DNA from: Calditrichaceae bacterium | Lineage (GTDB): Bacteria; Calditrichota; Calditrichia; Calditrichales; JBFXGD01 | Length of the DNA: 29,253 bases | Direction of reading: 5' to 3' | NCBI GenBank assembly: GCA_050178385.1 | Contig: JBFXGD010000028.1 | Coordinates: 1 to 29,253 of the forward strand | Shown: positions 26,837 through 29,253 of the stretch, piece after piece | Layout: every line of letters starts with the position of its first letter | Position numbering within the stretch: the stretch's first letter is position 1 | Made by a program: the position numbers and the translations under genes | Notes under the pieces: model-generated | The model's input: only the letters and a program-made list of their open reading frames with translations | Database searches by the model: none | What the model was told of the DNA's origin: nothing

Positions 26837-28011
26837 TGGATATTAATAAAAAGCTGCAATTTTATAAATCCGGAAAAAACACCCTTTCCGAAAACAAAAC
26901 GATCAATGCCCCTGTAAATGCCCTTGCCCAGCATTTTAGCGGAGAGATTATTTCACCCGAAGCACCATACATCAAAATTTCGCGTGTGGTACAGTTGCCC
27001 GGTATGCCCGACAAATTGGATATACGTTTTTTAAGTAAGGGGCAAATGAACAAAGAAATTTTGCCGGAAAACTGTCTGTTTTTTGATCTTGAAACGACAG
27101 GACTAGCCGGTGGAGCAGGGACTTTTGCTTTTTTATTGGGATTCGGATTCATCAGAAATGACGAACTGATTATTGAACAATATTTTTTACCGGATTACGG
27201 AAGGGAGTATGATCTATTCAAAAACTTGAAGGAATGGTTGAACAATTTCTCACATCTTGTATCTTTTAATGGTAAATCTTACGATTTGCCTCTGTTAAAA
27301 AACCGGTTCATTTTAAACAGAATTATACCATCATTTCAATCAATGCTTCAAATCGACCTGCTCCATATAAGCCGCCGTCTGTGGAAAGACAGCATAGATT
27401 CTTGTAAACTCAGCTCAATTGAAAGTCATCTTTTTGGCATTACCCGTTCAGGTGATATCCCCGGAGCGCTAATTCCGCAGGCATATTTTGACTTTATCCG
27501 TACCGGAGTTGTGCATAATATCATTAAAATCATCGAACATAATTATCAGGATATTTTGTCTTCCGCGCGGATTCTCATGCGAATCCATGAAATTGAGTCA
27601 AATCCGGCTATATTAACAACGGATCCGCAGGCTTTATTGAGATTTGCCGGTTTGGCTTTTGAGAATGGTCATGAAGAAATTCTGAATTTGGTCGGGGAAA
27701 TGTATGAGGATATACCGGATCAGATTAAGGTATGGCAGAGTATTATTTATAAAAAAAACAAATCATGGCAAAAAGCTGTTTTTTTATGGAATGAGCTAAC
27801 CGCATCCCAAAGTTTCTTATTTTTCGCTCTTGAAGAATTAGCAAAATATCATGAGCATGTAAAAAAGGACCACAAAACGGCTCTTTCTTTGACCAATCGG
27901 GCGATTAAAAACCTGGAAAATCTAAGCCAACTGGATGCTTCTCTTGATCCGGAATTATATTTTTCCTCTTTCCAGCACAGAAAAATGCGTCTACTCTTAA
28001 AATTATCTTGA
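26833..28011 (+). CDS. mrfB: DEDDh RNase H-like exonuclease with C-terminal TPR (MrfB/YprB-like)
   Basis: FFDLETTGL, SFNGKSYDLP, IDLLH, DIPG..IP..Y, HNYQDI; C-terminal EELAKYHEH helical repeat; ATGA overlap with the helicase. Confidence 0.87.
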   Translation: MMDINKKLQFYKSGKNTLSENKTINAPVNALAQHFSGEIISPEAPYIKISRVVQLPGMPDKLDIRFLSKGQMNKEILPENCLFFDLETTGLAGGAGTFAFLLGFGFIRNDELIIEQYFLPDYGREYDLFKNLKEWLNNFSHLVSFNGKSYDLPLLKNRFILNRIIPSFQSMLQIDLLHISRRLWKDSIDSCKLSSIESHLFGITRSGDIPGALIPQAYFDFIRTGVVHNIIKIIEHNYQDILSSARILMRIHEIESNPAILTTDPQALLRFAGLAFENGHEEILNLVGEMYEDIPDQIKVWQSIIYKKNKSWQKAVFLWNELTASQSFLFFALEELAKYHEHVKKDHKTALSLTNRAIKNLENLSQLDASLDPELYFSSFQHRKMRLLLKLS

Positions 28012-28036
28012 CAGAAAATGCTCATCAGACTATATT
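28008..28036 (+). promoter_or_regulatory. Near-consensus sigma70 promoter for the acyl-CoA synthetase, overlapping the mrfB stop codon
   Basis: TTGACA (28008-28013), 17 nt spacer, TATATT (28031-28036). Confidence 0.7.
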
Positions 28037-28079
28037 TATATGTTATTAAATCCCGCCTTTCACACCATATGGAGGTATT

Positions 28080-29253
28080 ATGACCTATCAAAATCTAGCT
28101 GAAATGTTTTTCAGAAAACGCAAGGATCTTGGTTCAAAATCCGGCTACATGTTTAAAAAAGACGGTAACTGGATCTCAATTAGTTGGAAAGACGCAGTTG
28201 ACCGGGCAGAAAATGTGTCTGCAGGCTTAGCTTCATTGGGGGTTAAAAAAGGAGATAAGGTCGCGATTATTTCCGGGAACAGGGTCGAATGGGCGTTGAC
28301 TGATTATGCGACTTGTGCTCTTGGGGCTGTTTTAGTCCCTATTTACCCATCCTTGTTAAAGGAACAGGTCAGATACATTCTAAATGATTCAGAATCTGTC
28401 GTTGTTGTCGTATCAGATGACATTCAAATGGAAAAGGTGGATGCGGTAAAAAAAGAATTAAAAACCACAAAACATTTTTATGTTCTTGACTCAGCATCCG
28501 GGAAAGAAAAAGATCCCTGGTTTACATTTGAAAGTCTCGCGGAAAAAGGAAAACAATTTCTCAAAGAGAACAAAGATTATGTGTCAAACAGCATTTCTGA
28601 AGTAAAGCCGGATGACTGGTCAACGATAATATACACTTCCGGAACCACCGGTGAGCCGAAAGGCGCGATCCTGACTCATAAAAACTTCATCTCGAATGTT
28701 GAAGATTCCACAGCAGTTTTAAAAGTTTATCCTGATGATATATTATTATCATTTTTGCCCCTAAGCCATGTTTTAGAGAGAATGGCGGGACATTACCTGT
28801 CCTGTTATTATGGCGCGACTGTAGCGTATGCTGAGAGCATAGATACCGTAGCGGAAAATATGGGTGAAATAAAACCGACACTTATGGTGGCTGTACCGAG
28901 ATTATATGAAAAAATGTACGGGCGCGTTCTTGAAAATGTTGAGATGGGCTCTCCCCTCAAAAGAAAAATTTTCTACTGGGCGCTAAAAGTGGGAAAAGAA
29001 TATATAAATAAAATTATGGATCATCAGCCAATCCCTTCAGCATTGCAGTTCAAGAGAAATCTCGCGTATAAACTTGTTTTTCATAAGTTGAGTGAGCGGG
29101 TTGGTGGAAGATTGCGTTTCTTTATAAGCGGCGGAGCTCCGCTCTCGGCTGATATCGCGGAATTTTTCGGCGCTGCCGGCATATATGTTCTTGAAGGTTA
29201 CGGTCTCACCGAAACATCCCCGGTGATTTCAGTAATCACTCTGGAAAAATTCA
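28080..29253 (+). CDS. Long-chain fatty acid-CoA ligase (AMP-dependent synthetase), 3' partial; absent from the ORF track because it runs off the window
   Basis: GGAGG at 28071-28075, ATG 28080. Manual translation gives MTYQNLAEMF...LGVKKGDKVAIISGNRVEW...TIIYTSGTTGEPKGAILTHKN...SFLPLSHVLER...VPRLYEK...FFISGGAPLS...EGYGLTETSP. Confidence 0.93.
   Translation, partial: MTYQNLAEMFFRKRKDLGSKSGYMFKKDGNWISISWKDAVDRAENVSAGLASLGVKKGDKVAIISGNRVEWALTDYATCALGAVLVPIYPSLLKEQVRYILNDSESVVVVVSDDIQMEKVDAVKKELKTTKHFYVLDSASGKEKDPWFTFESLAEKGKQFLKENKDYVSNSISEVKPDDWSTIIYTSGTTGEPKGAILTHKNFISNVEDSTAVLKVYPDDILLSFLPLSHVLERMAGHYLSCYYGATVAYAESIDTVAENMGEIKPTLMVAVPRLYEKMYGRVLENVEMGSPLKRKIFYWALKVGKEYINKIMDHQPIPSALQFKRNLAYKLVFHKLSERVGGRLRFFISGGAPLSADIAEFFGAAGIYVLEGYGLTETSPVISVITLEKF

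Noticed and set aside
24560..28011. Anti-phage system (DISARM or Druantia) suggested by the DUF1998 helicase
   Set aside because: No methyltransferase, SNF2 helicase, PLD nuclease or other defence genes; the fused helicase-DUF1998 plus YprB-like nuclease matches MrfAB.

Overview
A gene-dense bacterial chromosomal segment of mostly housekeeping genes; I found no mobile elements, CRISPR arrays, rRNA or tRNA genes. Protein style (lipoproteins, Gln after a signal peptide, SecD with a long periplasmic insert) suggests a diderm of, or near, the FCB group such as Calditrichota or Ignavibacteria; this is inference. Left of an AT-rich divergent spacer (~6730-6916) lies a five-gene minus-strand run: two related lipoproteins, a PdxJ-fold protein, a GH2-fold/Yip1-like membrane protein and smc. 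The smc frame is interrupted by stops at the window edge. Rightward genes are ligA, secD-secF-STAS, purA, a UshA-like CxC protein, trpD, chorismate mutase, mltG, pcrA, a giant TPR protein, a TolB-like lipoprotein, an mrfA-mrfB-type repair pair and a partial acyl-CoA synthetase. The most striking signal is that the full-length PdxJ homologue has lost all three catalytic acid/base residues and its GH2-fold neighbour appears to lack the catalytic nucleophile. These two adjacent probable pseudoenzymes sit between two lipoproteins and smc and form a candidate uncharacterised envelope-linked module. Alignments were done by eye against remembered reference sequences and need computational confirmation.
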